Origin: Amoebophrya sp. A120
Taxonomy: Eukaryota > Protista > Dinoflagellata
NCBI GenBank assembly: GCA_905178155.1
Contig: CAJINV010000002.1
Span: forward strand, 10,458,146 to 10,522,145
Length of the DNA stretch: 64,000 bases
Direction: 5' to 3'
Under the pieces are notes generated by a model. The model searched no databases, was not told where the DNA came from, and saw nothing but the letters and a program-made list of their open reading frames with translations. Position numbers and translations under genes: made by a program. How positions within the stretch are numbered: the stretch's first letter is position 1; each line of letters begins with the position of its first letter. This document shows, in pieces, positions 24,713-36,700 of this stretch.

Positions 24713-27700
24713 TCAGAACCGGCCCCCTCGCGTCGAGTGCCGGCTTCCTGGACGGCTTGGTGACACTACCGGCGGCTTGAAGATGTCCAACAATTGTGAT
24801 CGGATGTCTTCCGACAGACCCTGCGTTTGCATCACCTGCTGGCGCAACTGCGGCAGGACCGTGTCACGTACGGACGGTGGCGCATCCTGAAAGGAGGATA
24901 GCGCAGCGCGCGGTGCCTCCAAAACGTCGTCGGACGAAGACGACCCGGATTTGGCGAATGGCCCCCTCCCGTGCAGAAACGTCAAGCCGCCCCCACCGCC
25001 ACCGCCGGCGCTGCCGTAGCGCTCCATGCTGCTCACACCACCGGAGAGTTCGATGCCGCGCTGCCGATCCGGGTAGGTGACAGAGCTCCTGATGTCCGCT
25101 TGCGTTTCGAGAAATTTCGACAGCGGGCTCACGTCCGGCTGCGCCGCTGCGTTTCGTGTGCTCAGGTGGCCGCGCGAACGGGACGACAAATTATTGCTCT
25201 GGACGGCCGAAACTGCAATGAGGAATTAAGTAAGTGTGTTCAGAGTATGTCTCATTTCTGTAGCTGGCAAATGGAGGACATCATTGATCTACAAATAAAG
25301 ATAAACACAAGCTGCGTACTGCATTGGAGTTCTGTTTCAAACCAGACAAGGAATTGACATCAAGTACGTTCTCGCTTCGTCTCTTTCAGTAGTTGCGAGA
25401 GCGGGCTGCCATCTTGGGACGGATCTGCGACCTCGGACACGTCATCGATTGCCAACTCGTAATTTCGCGTAAAAGACGCAAATGGATCGTCGAGTCCGTC
25501 GTTTGCAGACGCCGCACCGCGGGATATCCCACCACGACCACCGGCTATGTTTAGTACGTGGTGCGTCGCCGCCCCTGTACCACCACGGCCGGGTCTACTG
25601 GCGGCACTGGTCCCCCGGGAGCCCGCGGCTGCCGTGCCGTGGTCCTCCCGAATACTCCGCAACGCCTCGACTGCGTCCTCCAGTCGATGTAAAGACGCCA
25701 CAAAGTTCTGCGGCTTCCTACCACCAGTCTCGCCGGACTGTGACGCACTGTCTTCCTGACTATATACCTCTGCGTCCTCACCTCTCGTCCTCGCCGGCTC
25801 GATCTGATCAAATGTCCCCCCACCGAGCATCTGTGGCGTCGCCGCGCGGTCCAGGGTTCGTTTGCGCGACGCTCGTCTGGCCGAAGCTCTCGCAGTACCT
25901 GGTGCGGCCTCTTCCCCTTTCTCGTCCTGGGTTTCGAGCAGGATCTCTTTCTCCGTGCCAGCGATTTCCGGCGGCAGCGAGTACCTGCCAACGATCTCGT
26001 CCAGACTGCTGCTCTTCTCGCGGAGCATGCGCTGCATGCGCTTCTGTTGCGTGTCAAAGTCCACTTCGCTGTTGGTTTCCGTCTCACTGCGGATGGTGGC
26101 GCCAAAAAGCGGCTTGCTTCCGCGATCCTCCACGACGACCGTGTTTTCGCCCGCGTCTCCGCCCGCTTCCAAGACCGAGGAGGAGTCGTCGCCGTCCATG
26201 ACCACGGGCGCGACCGACTTGGAAAATGGCGGGTTCTTTAGGAACGCGCCCGCGCTCGTCCGCGAGAACGTATCTTCGGGGATGCGCAAAAAAGTGTTGG
26301 TCTTCCTGTTTTTGTAGAACACTGGCTGCGGCTGACGGGTCGGTACGTAGATTTTCGACCCCTTGTTGCCCGCCTTGTCCCCGTCTGTACTTGCCGGCGG
26401 AATCTGTTCGTAACTGTTGGTTTCTTCGTTGAGCAAAAACCGCTCGTCCGGGATCTTTGAGAACGTGCCATCGCGATTCCGCACGTAGCTGTTCGGCGGG
26501 GTCACGGTTTGCGCGAAAAACGGCCCGCGTTGCAAAAGCTCCTTCGGATCCGCGGCACTTGCATCGGAAAGTATCTGCGAGAAATCTTCGTTGTCGTTAC
26601 CTGGTTGTATCTGACCCTGCCGATCGTTTTCCTCCTGCATCAAGAGGCCGCTTCTACTGTGACTTCTACTTCGTTGGCCTTGCATCGGAGGTCGGTCATC
26701 AACTTCCAGTGCGCCGGACGAGCGCCCTGGACGTAGACCTATCGTGGGCGGGATGCCTACCCACGGGGTGAAGTTTCCGTCGTCGTTTTGCAAGAAGAGA
26801 TTTGGAGGCAACACCTCGAAGTACTCGGTTAGATGCGACGTCGCCGCAGGCCCCCTCGCGGATCCAGCGCCCGCCCTGCTTCGCACTTTGTAGAACAGGG
26901 GCGTTTGCTCCAGGGTGTTCTGCCGACTGAGCGGACTGGACGGCAGTGCGGTGGAGGCAGGAGGGAGAAACAGCTCCTCGAACAACTCATGGGTTCGCAT
27001 TTCGGACGACTGACGGATTGACCCGGACGTGACCCTTTGCTCAGTGTCTGGCTTTTTGACGAACCTGCCACGTTGGTCGCGTCGGTACGCGCCGTCCGGG
27101 TGCAGAGAAAATCGCTCGGGCGGGATCGGCACGTACTCCCTCGCGGAGTTTTTGTAATACAACTCCTCCGGAACGGGCACATACGCGTTGCCTCGTTCGT
27201 CCCGGTAGAAAATTCGCGGTTCTGCGGAAATCGACTTCGACGGCGAGCGGCTGCTGGTCGCTGAGCCAGACGCGTGGCCATTGTTTCCAGAAAAGTCCAA
27301 TCTTTCGATGGAGAGGGACGATCGGTGATCCGGATTCTTTTCGTACACCACCTCCTGGACCACCACAGGCGAAAAACTCGTGGTCGACGCCGGGTCCCAG
27401 GTCACCGAAGATGAGGCCTTGTTCTTCACCCGACGGCGGTACGTGGTTTCGGGAACCGGAACGAAGGTTGTTGTAGTTGGGGCTGCTGGATCGGCGCTGG
27501 TGGAAGAAGTTGCGGCTTTGTAATAAAGCATTTCTGGCATCTTCACATATCTGTCGCCGCTCTTCACGTATGCCCCACGCGGATCTTCAGTGTACTGCCA
27601 CTCTGCGCCGGTGCCCCGCCGCTCCCGGCGAAACGTCACCTTCGGCACGCGGCTGTAGTTGCCCCTGGCGTCACGGACGTAGAGCTGTTCGGGAATCGGC

Positions 27701-30700
27701 TCGAACTCCGTTCCATTTTTTGCAAAAGAGTCGTACGGCGGGCGACGCTGGGCAACGGAGTCAGGATCGATTGTCAGGCCGCTAGACGACGGCGGTATCA
27801 TCATGTTGCGGTGTAGTTGTTGTATTGGAGTTTGTGGTCCCGCTCCAGATTGGTCACTGAACATGGAGGCGGCACCAGCGACTCCTGGCTCCTCCGCTAC
27901 TGGGAAGAGCTGCTGCGCGTCTCGCATTCGCGAGGGCATCGCGGGCGTCGCCTGCTCATCTGCAGCAGGGTAGTTGCGAAAACTCAATAGTCTCGGATCC
28001 TCCGCCACCACGAATCTGGAGTCACCGGCCAGCGAGCTCTCGAGCGCCTTGACGCGCGCACTGCGGTCGTGGGTACGAATTTGCGGCGTTTGATTCTCAG
28101 GGTGTGCTGTGGGAAACGAGGACGAGAGCGGCGGAAACGACACGTCGCCAAAAATCCTACTTCTACTAGCACTACTGGCCTGTTGTGAGTTTCTCGCTGC
28201 TTTCTCCTCCACTTCAGCCTGAAACATATAGTCCATTTGCTTCGCCAGCAGCCTTATCTTTCCCTGTTTGTCCAAAACCGGGCCTCCCTCGCGGATGAGC
28301 TTCTCGGGGGACACCAAATTTGGCTCATGTATCCCAGCGGGCGTGTCGGTGGCCGCGCCGAAGTTTGGTGGACGAACGAAGAAAGAATGTGTTCCGATGG
28401 TCTGCTTCTGGAGTTTGGAAACCGCAATAGGCGGTTCATCCGCAAGCGCGCTGGAGAACACGGCCGTGCTGTCCCAGTTTGAAGACGTGAACGGCTTTCT
28501 GTTTTTCTCGTCGACGACCGGCTTCACTGTCACGATCCGACCACTCACGTCGCGCAGTTGCTGGCCTCCCTTCTTACTGTTGCGCACCAGTTCCGTCGCG
28601 GACAGAGGCTTTCCGTCGATATCCACGAAGGCCTTGCCGTCGCGCAGGAGCGCTTTTGTTGGAACGTACTTCTGCGTTTTTACGTCGATCAGGCTCTTGA
28701 CCCCCTCTTCTCGCAGGATGTTTGCGATGGCGAGCCGACGCCCCGTTGTCCGGTCGATGCCGGTCCCACCAGCGGAGGCAAGTTCTCTTAGTTGCACCGT
28801 TTTCTGGGCACTTCTTTCCTTGCCAGCGGAGGGATCCTCGCCTGCCAGGAAAACGCCCGGGACACGGCCGACGACTTGCAGCTGCTCTGGGTATACCAGT
28901 GTTTCCCCGTCGGCGGATACGAATTCGCCGTCGTAGCGTGCGGCACGCTTGACCGCGACTACGCGATTGTTGCGGTCCAAAACTTCTCCCCCAGCTTCCG
29001 CCAAATCCGCCGCGGAGACCGGACGCGCAGGGGAACTCCTGCTTTCGGGAACAAGGAAAACTTCGGCCCCGTCGACGTTTCTTCGCTGCAGGTTGGTCTT
29101 CGGGATTTTCCCGCCGTCCGTGAGCACGAAGACTTCCTCGTTCTCCGCAGGCAGAACTGCAACCGGGTTTCCGTTCAGATCCAAAACCGTGCCCCCAGAT
29201 CTGCGCAAGACGTGTTCTGGTATGGTCGTTGTGGGGGAGAAGGCGTCCAAAAAGTGGTTGGTCGCTGGGTCACGCTGCAGGATTCTCGCGGAGACCCGCT
29301 GGTAGCTTTTGTCGAAGAAGTCCTCGCTTACGGACGGTTGGAGCGAGACAACGGCACCCTGAAGATCGAGCACCTCGCCGCCGAGCTGCTCCAAGCGCTC
29401 GGGAGACACCGGGCGCCCCGTCGGCGACAGAATCAAATCGTCAAAGGTTCCGGTCTTTTTCAGCCGGGCCAGTGGCACTGGGGTGCCGGTGACATCTTCG
29501 AAGATAAAGCCGGTGCTTTTGGACAAGGGTAGAGAGTGTGTGCGTCGAGTACCTCGGCTCACTATTTTCGGGTGTTGATCAATCTCGGACGTAACACCGG
29601 TCTGCTTTGACGTGGAACTCTTGGTCTGCAAAACGCTCGCCGGAATTTCGGTACCGTCCACACTGGATGCAGTTATTGCTTGTCCTTTCGATCTATCGTT
29701 TGCAGGAAAGAAGGCGCCAACTGCACCCCCGGCGGCTGCGGAAACAGATGGACTGACTGTCACGGTAGCGCCACTGACGTCAAGTATACGGCCACCAGAC
29801 GTTGCGAGCTCTGCCGGCGAGATTGCTTTTCCAGGATTGTCAGCGCTCACAAAATCATCACCGCGCTTCATCAAAAGCTGCGGCACAGCAGCTCCTCTGT
29901 CCGTGCTGGCAGTTGCGCTTGTCGGAGAAGCGAATTGATGTTCCGCAGCAATCTTTCCCACGTTAGCGCCCACAAACGCCGGCCTGATATCCACAACGTG
30001 GCCGTCGACGTCAAGCACCTTGCCGCCAGTGTGCGACATGGCAATTGGGCTGATTCGAGTCCCGTCGACGCCAACGAAATCGGCGCCGAGTCGCTGCAGT
30101 TGCGAAGCTGGGACAAGGCGCAGGATAGCACCTTCGCCGTTGCGTATTAAACCCTGGTCTTCAGGAAGTGGAGTAGCAGTTCGCAGATTCTCAGCGAATG
30201 TCAATGGTTTCGCGAAGTCCGGAAACGGCTGCACCGTCCTTCGCCGCCCGTGCAGGTCGACCACCTCTCCCCCGAAGCGAAACAGCGCGCCAGGAGAAAC
30301 CACTGTCCCATCCGCCGCGACGAAACTGGCTCCGCTTCTCTTGAGTTCTGCAACAGGCACGGTCTCGAACAGCACCGCGGGATTTTTCGTGCTGGCATCC
30401 AGCGAGGCGGCCGTCAGGACCCTGGTCGCCTTCACAGTTGTCGTTGGCAGGAAGGCAACACTAGCTTTTCCATCTGCCCCGGAAGGTAAGAGCGTAACCG
30501 CCTCTCCCTGCTTGCTCAACACGGTTCCTCCGTATTCCGCGATAAGGGCGGCGTCCACGGGTGTTGCGCCGTCCAAATCGACAAAATCGGCCCCGAGGCG
30601 CTGCAACTGTCCGACGGGCACCCGAGACTGCACCTCTCGTGCAGCCCCTGTGGAAGAAGTTGCTTTAACGGTGGCAGTAGTTGTCGTCTTCGCTTCTTGA

Positions 30701-33700
30701 AAAACTTCCGGCAGCACACTACTTTTGACATCAACGCCGATGCTGGAGGCGTTTGCCGCTGACATGGGGGCGACGGACACTGCACGACCGTCAATGTCCA
30801 GCACCTCGCCACCGAAGACGATTAATTTCTTCGCCGGCACCTGACTGCCGTCCACCGCAACGAAATCCGTTCCGTTGCGCTGCAGCCGCGTGGCCTCGAT
30901 CTTCTTCAGTTTCGCCGGCAAATATCGCACGCCAGCTTCGGTTCTTTCCTGGCCCGGTAGTGTTTTTTTCTCCTCATCGTCCAAAATGTCAAAGACAAAA
31001 TTTGAATTCGCCTTCGCCGGTGCACCTCCCGCTGGGTTGGAGAAGTGGTGCGCCGGCTGCAGCAAAACCCGGGCTCCGCTCAGGTCCAAAACTTCCCCGC
31101 CGTAAGTCTCTAGATCCTTTGGCGAAACCGCAGACCGCCCGTCGGCGGCAACGAAGCTGACTCCTTTTCTGCGAAGCGCCGTGATGGACACCGGGTCACG
31201 AGTGGAGGTGTCCAAAAGTCTTGTTGACAGGGAGGAAACAGACGTAGCTGTGGTCCCTTCCACTGGCAGAACCGTCACCGGGACTGCTTCTTGCTGTGAA
31301 CTCCTATGATCGACGATTGTTTTGTCCTTGACCATCAAAACTTCACCCCCGTACCGATACAAGTCCCGCGGATGAATCTCGGTGACGCCGTCCCCAGCCA
31401 CAAAGTTCGCGCCTTTTCTGACGAAGTCCGTAGCGGAGTGCTTGGCCGTCAGCGGCCTAGCGCGACTTGCTGTTGGTGTAGAGATCGTGCCGGCCTGCGT
31501 TCGTGCGGACTGGCTTCTGTCAACCACCTCGAGGTATTGAGCGCCGCCAGGCGGTGTTGTAGCCGTAGAGCTGCCGTCCCGGTGCTGCTTTGTCATTGCT
31601 CCTCCGCTGATCATCACCGGATCTACCCGCACGGTCTTCGCGCTCTGCCCGTCTGGTTTTACTAGCCGCACCTCACCGCCGTATGCGAGAAGATCTTTCG
31701 CTGGCACCCGCGTCACACCGTCTCCGGCGACAAAATCTGCACCGAAGCGCTGCAGCTGATCGAGTTTAACTTCCTTCTGGGTGTCTGCGTCTCGAAAGGT
31801 ACTGAGGTGTGGCGGCGGTATGGTGACTTGCAGCTCGGCAGGTGTAGAAGCTGCGAGGGCTTGATCTGAAAGTTTAGTTGCGTCGACGAAAACCTTCCCT
31901 CCATACCGCATCAGATCTTCAGCTTTCACGCGACGGTATTTGCTGCCGGTGCCGTCCGGTTCAGCCGTGTCTTCAGCCGTCACAAAATCGGCTCCGAGTC
32001 GCTTCAAATTCTCAACCTTGATATCGGACAGGTGTGCATCAGCTCCACCTGCGGTCGAAATTTGGAGTGGCCCACCACCGAGTTGTGACTTCACCAGTAC
32101 CTTCCGTCCACCTTGATCCAAAACTTCCCCGCCGAAGCGTAGCAGCCTATCAGGGGCGACATACGACCCATCGACCGCGATGAAACCTGCGCCCGAACGC
32201 TGCAGGTTCAGCGCCTCGTAGGGGCGACCAGTCCGAGCTTCGCTGAGCTGACCTAGTTGGTTCGCGCCGTCCTTTTCTGCAACGCTCACACGGCGCCCTC
32301 GCTCATCCAACACCTCTCCGCCGAACATTGCAAGCGTTGCTGGAGCGACGAGCGACTTGTCCGCAGCCACGAAGTCACAGCCGACGCGCTGCAAATCGTC
32401 TTCGTCGGCTCCCTCTCGGTCGAACGCGGGCGCGTCAGTGCCACGAATCTTCACTACCCGGCCCTCCGTATCGAGAACCGCTCCTCCAAATCGTGCCAAA
32501 TCGGCGGGCGCAACTTGCGTTCGGCCGTCCGCTGCAACGAAGTTGGCACCGCGGCGGGCGAAAGTTTCGACACGACGATTCCCCCCCACCGCATTTGCTT
32601 CTTCAGCCGGAATAACTTTGATCGCGTCTCCACCGGCAGACAACACCTCGCCGCCGAATTTGAACAGGTCGGCGGCAGGCACTCGCGCGCCGGAGCCAAC
32701 TGCGACGAACTCTGCGCCGAACCGTTTCAAATCCTCTGGCTTCAGCGTTCCGCCATCGACGGTGCGCAGGAGGCGAGGCGGCGCCCTTTCCGCGTCGAGG
32801 GGTCGGACCGAAATGCTGTTGCCACGTATGTCCAGCACAGAGCCGCCATGCAGTGCAAGTTGCTCGGCGGAGCACACACTTCCATCGGGAGCGACGAAGT
32901 CCACCCCGTTTGGTGCACGGGACAAGTCAGCGAAAGAAATTCCCCGCCGCTCGTCAATGGTGTGGAAAAATTTTGGCTGCGTCGCGATCAAGGTTTCGAC
33001 CTGTACGGTCTCGCCCGACTTTGTTCTCAGGGCCTGACCGCCAAACCTGGCGACAACGCTCGCCGGAACGCGCTCGTACGTTGTAGCGGAAATGAAATCG
33101 GTGCCGATTCGCTGCAGATTCTCGACCTCTCGTTGTCGAGCGGGGTCAACACCTCGATCCGTATCGGTTGCAGCGCTGGCGTGATCGAATCCTGCACTGG
33201 TGGGTACCACCGCTGCAGGAACAATGCTGACGACGTCTCCGTCGACGCGCGCGACCTCTCCGCCGTATCGCAGCAGGTCTGCCGGGGAAACTGGACTTCC
33301 GTCTATTGCAACGAAGCTGGTACCGATTCGCCTGAGACCTCGGTCGGAGATGCGCAGCCCGTCCGTCGTTTGCCACTGAGAGGATCGGTTTCCTCGCACT
33401 GGCACCAGCCGGTCGCGCGCCAAGGACCGCACTAACCCACCGTACTCCACCAGATCGGCGACATTCACGGCACTACCGTCTGCCGCAACGTAGGTCGGGA
33501 TCCTCGCATCGGCTTTCAGCAATGTCGCATCGGAAATCGGCTGGCCGGAGGTGTCGTCTACGAAGTACGTCTCCTTCGGCAGTGCAAGGCTGCCGATCGC
33601 CGATCCCCCTCCGGACGCCGGACCGCTAGGCTGTTGATGTTCCGTGGCAGTCCGGGATTGACTGCGCTCATCAAGCGATACCGCGACGGGCCGCACATGG

Positions 33701-36700
33701 AGGGCCTGGCCCTTGACGTCAACGACCACACCTCCAGCGTCGGTAATTTCCCTCGGAGAAATTTTTGCGCCGGTCGGGGTCAGAAAGTTCGTTCCCGACC
33801 GCTGCAGGACCGCCGTTGGCACCGCTCGTCCCTCGTCGTCCGCGAGAGAAGTCTCCCTCAACCCCTTCAACTTTCTGGGCCGGCTGTGCAGATCGAGAAC
33901 CTCTCCGCCCCATTTTGCTAGTTCCTTCCCACTAACGAGCGCGCCGTCCGTTGCGACGAAACTCCAATTGCTCTTCGGGGCAGCCACTGCGCCGGTGGAC
34001 GAGAACGAAGCCTCTGGTGTAAGGCCCAGCGTCCCAGCAGTCTTCACGCGTTGCAAATTCTTTGCTGCAACCACGTTGTCGTTTATGTCGATGAACTGTT
34101 CTGGCTCCGCCCCAAAACCCTCAGAAAGTAAGGACTTTTCCTCCTCCTGCAGCACGGATTCCAGGACAGAATGCTGCCGTAGAGGCTCGATAGTGCCACT
34201 GCGTTGGGGGTGCACACGTGGCTGCACGGCGGCTGCGCGGCCTCGTATGGACACATGGCGGCCCTCGGTGTCCAGGACCTCGCCGCCCGCCTGCGCGAGC
34301 GCGACGGCAGAGATGTGCGTCCCGTCCTCGGCCCGAATGAAGTCGCCGAGTGCGGTCTGTTGCAGGGTTCGGGGGTCAACCGGTTCGTTATCCAAATCTA
34401 CCAAACTTGCCACCGCTGCGCGGATCGTGACGCACTCGCCGTTCAAATCTTCGATGTCGCCGCCGTCTCGTGCGAGCGTTCTCGGCGTGACGCGGTGGCC
34501 GGTACGAAACGCGACGAAGCTTTGCTTGTCCGGCGCCACCTTCAACCGGTTGGCTTCCACGATTCGCCCATTGGTGTCGACGAACGTGTTTTGTCGCAAC
34601 GCCGCATTTATTTCCTGTTGTCCTACCAAGGCACTCGAGGTAGATGCGCTGGAATCGTGCGAGCCCCGCAGGACGCTTTCCAACACAAATTTCCCCACCC
34701 CGTCGACCACCTCCTGCGCCAGCGAACGGTCCGGACCGATCAGCAGGGAGGCCGACAGCGTCTGGTCCGGACGAACGAACTTGGAGTCTGCGCGCATGCT
34801 CTTTTCCAAATGCGACTTCACACTTTCGTCCATGCGGGAGTGCGGTACCCGAGCCGAGGAAATCATCTGCGGCCCCCCGTCGGGGCGCGGTGTGATGAAC
34901 TGCTGACTCCCCCCTCCTACGTTCGTCGCGGTGCTAGTATTCGGGCCACGGCCCGGCGGGTATCGTACCTGTGCGAGCTCCAACGAGGATGGACCAAACG
35001 AGCCACTCAGCTGCGGATCCACATTGGACAGATCGTTCTGTACGCGCGATTCGTCGAGCGGGGCAACCGAAAAGTCCGGCGTTTGTGCCGCGACACGCGT
35101 CGACGCTGGACCGGGCCCGGTGCCATCGAGATGTTGACTCTCGTGGTCCCCCGTTCTTGTTAGCTCTGCTTGTCTCTGCTTCGAGGTAGGAGACAGATGC
35201 TCGGTGAGATGCGATGAGTAGATGCGGGGCCGATCGGGACTCCGCGACCCGAGCCGGCGCGGCAACTCTTCCACTGGGATGTCTTGTATGCCCGGACGTC
35301 CAGCGACCAGCTCCAGAGGTGGCACGACCGTGTCGACCGGAAGCGGAGGTTCGCCGCGCTGCAGCCGTAATTGGTTCTCCATCAGCCGCAGCTCGCGCTC
35401 CTTCTGGTACAGCAGCTTGTCCTTCATCTCAAAAAGGTCTTTCAGTGCGTCCTCCTTTTCGTCTCGCAACCGCTCCACCTCCTTCGTCATCTGTTGCGTG
35501 AACAGCCGGGTTTGCTCGGTCAGAAGGTCGTTGGCGCACTTCTGCTGCTCCGTAAACATCTTTTCAATGAACGGTTTGTCTTGCGGGTGCTGAGGAACCC
35601 CCTCCCGCGGCGTTGTCTGGTTGACGTTGATGTTCGTGAACCGCGGGTCCGGGCCGCGATAATGATGCTCGTGGATAGTTCCACTGGCCTGCGTCCCGGG
35701 TGGAATCGCCCTCGATACGCCAGGCGGCCCTCCTGCTCCGAACATGCCGGTCCCTGCTGCTACGGCGGACGAACTCCCGATGTCTTCGTCCTGGGAAAGC
35801 GAACCGTTGTTCACGCGTGTCCTCCCGAGCGCATCGTCAAAGTCCTCCGCCTCTGCGGAACTACCGTGTACTTGCGCGCCACCGGCATACGGATTCGTTG
35901 CATTGAGATCGATACTTCGATTATTGCCCCCGCCGACAAAGCCAACCCCGCTTCCCCTTTTTTGGCGTCGCGCTTCCAGCATGGCTGCGCGATCCATCTT
36001 CCTGTCACCCTCGGCGCCGACGGATGCCGCGTTGTTGAGGCCAAAGGACGCGGAGTCCTGATCGCCGTCGAACATGTCGGCCCGTCGCCCCGGGGCTGCT
36101 CTCCTCTGCTCGTCTCCCGCAGTAGGAGAGCTGTTAAGACCGTTGTTACCGCCATCACCAAACACCAAGGCGGGCGCAATCCTAGTGTTCGCACCCCCAC
36201 CCGCTTGCTCGACGCGACCGACGCTGGGTTCGTCGTCCTCCCCTGGCCTTCGTCGACCCCGACGCTCCGTTCTCGTGGCCCTGTCCTCTTCGCGCCGTTC
36301 AGACACGGAGCGGCCTCCACCACCACCCTGTTCCCACCACTCCGGCTGCCGGTTTTCCATTTCCTCCGCTGCGCGGCGCTTCTGCTTCTCTTCGATCTGT
36401 TTCTGCAGCTCGCCGTAGTAATCATTCTGGTCCCGCTGCCGCTTCTTCTTCAGATCGCTCGGCGACTGCGAGTCGCCCTGCCGCTCCCACCACTCGGGCT
36501 CTTTGCGCTCGCGCTTTTCCCGCTCCTTCTTCTGCTTCGCGTCCTGCTGCTGCTGCTCGAGCTCCTTGGCGTATTCCTCGCGGCGCCGGCGCTCCCGCTC
36601 CTTCGCGGCCGCCTTGTCGGCATCAGCCGCGCCCATGTTGGCAAAGAAGTTGTCCTCTTGGATGTCCCGTCCGCGGCCTCGGTTGTTCCGATTCTTGTCC

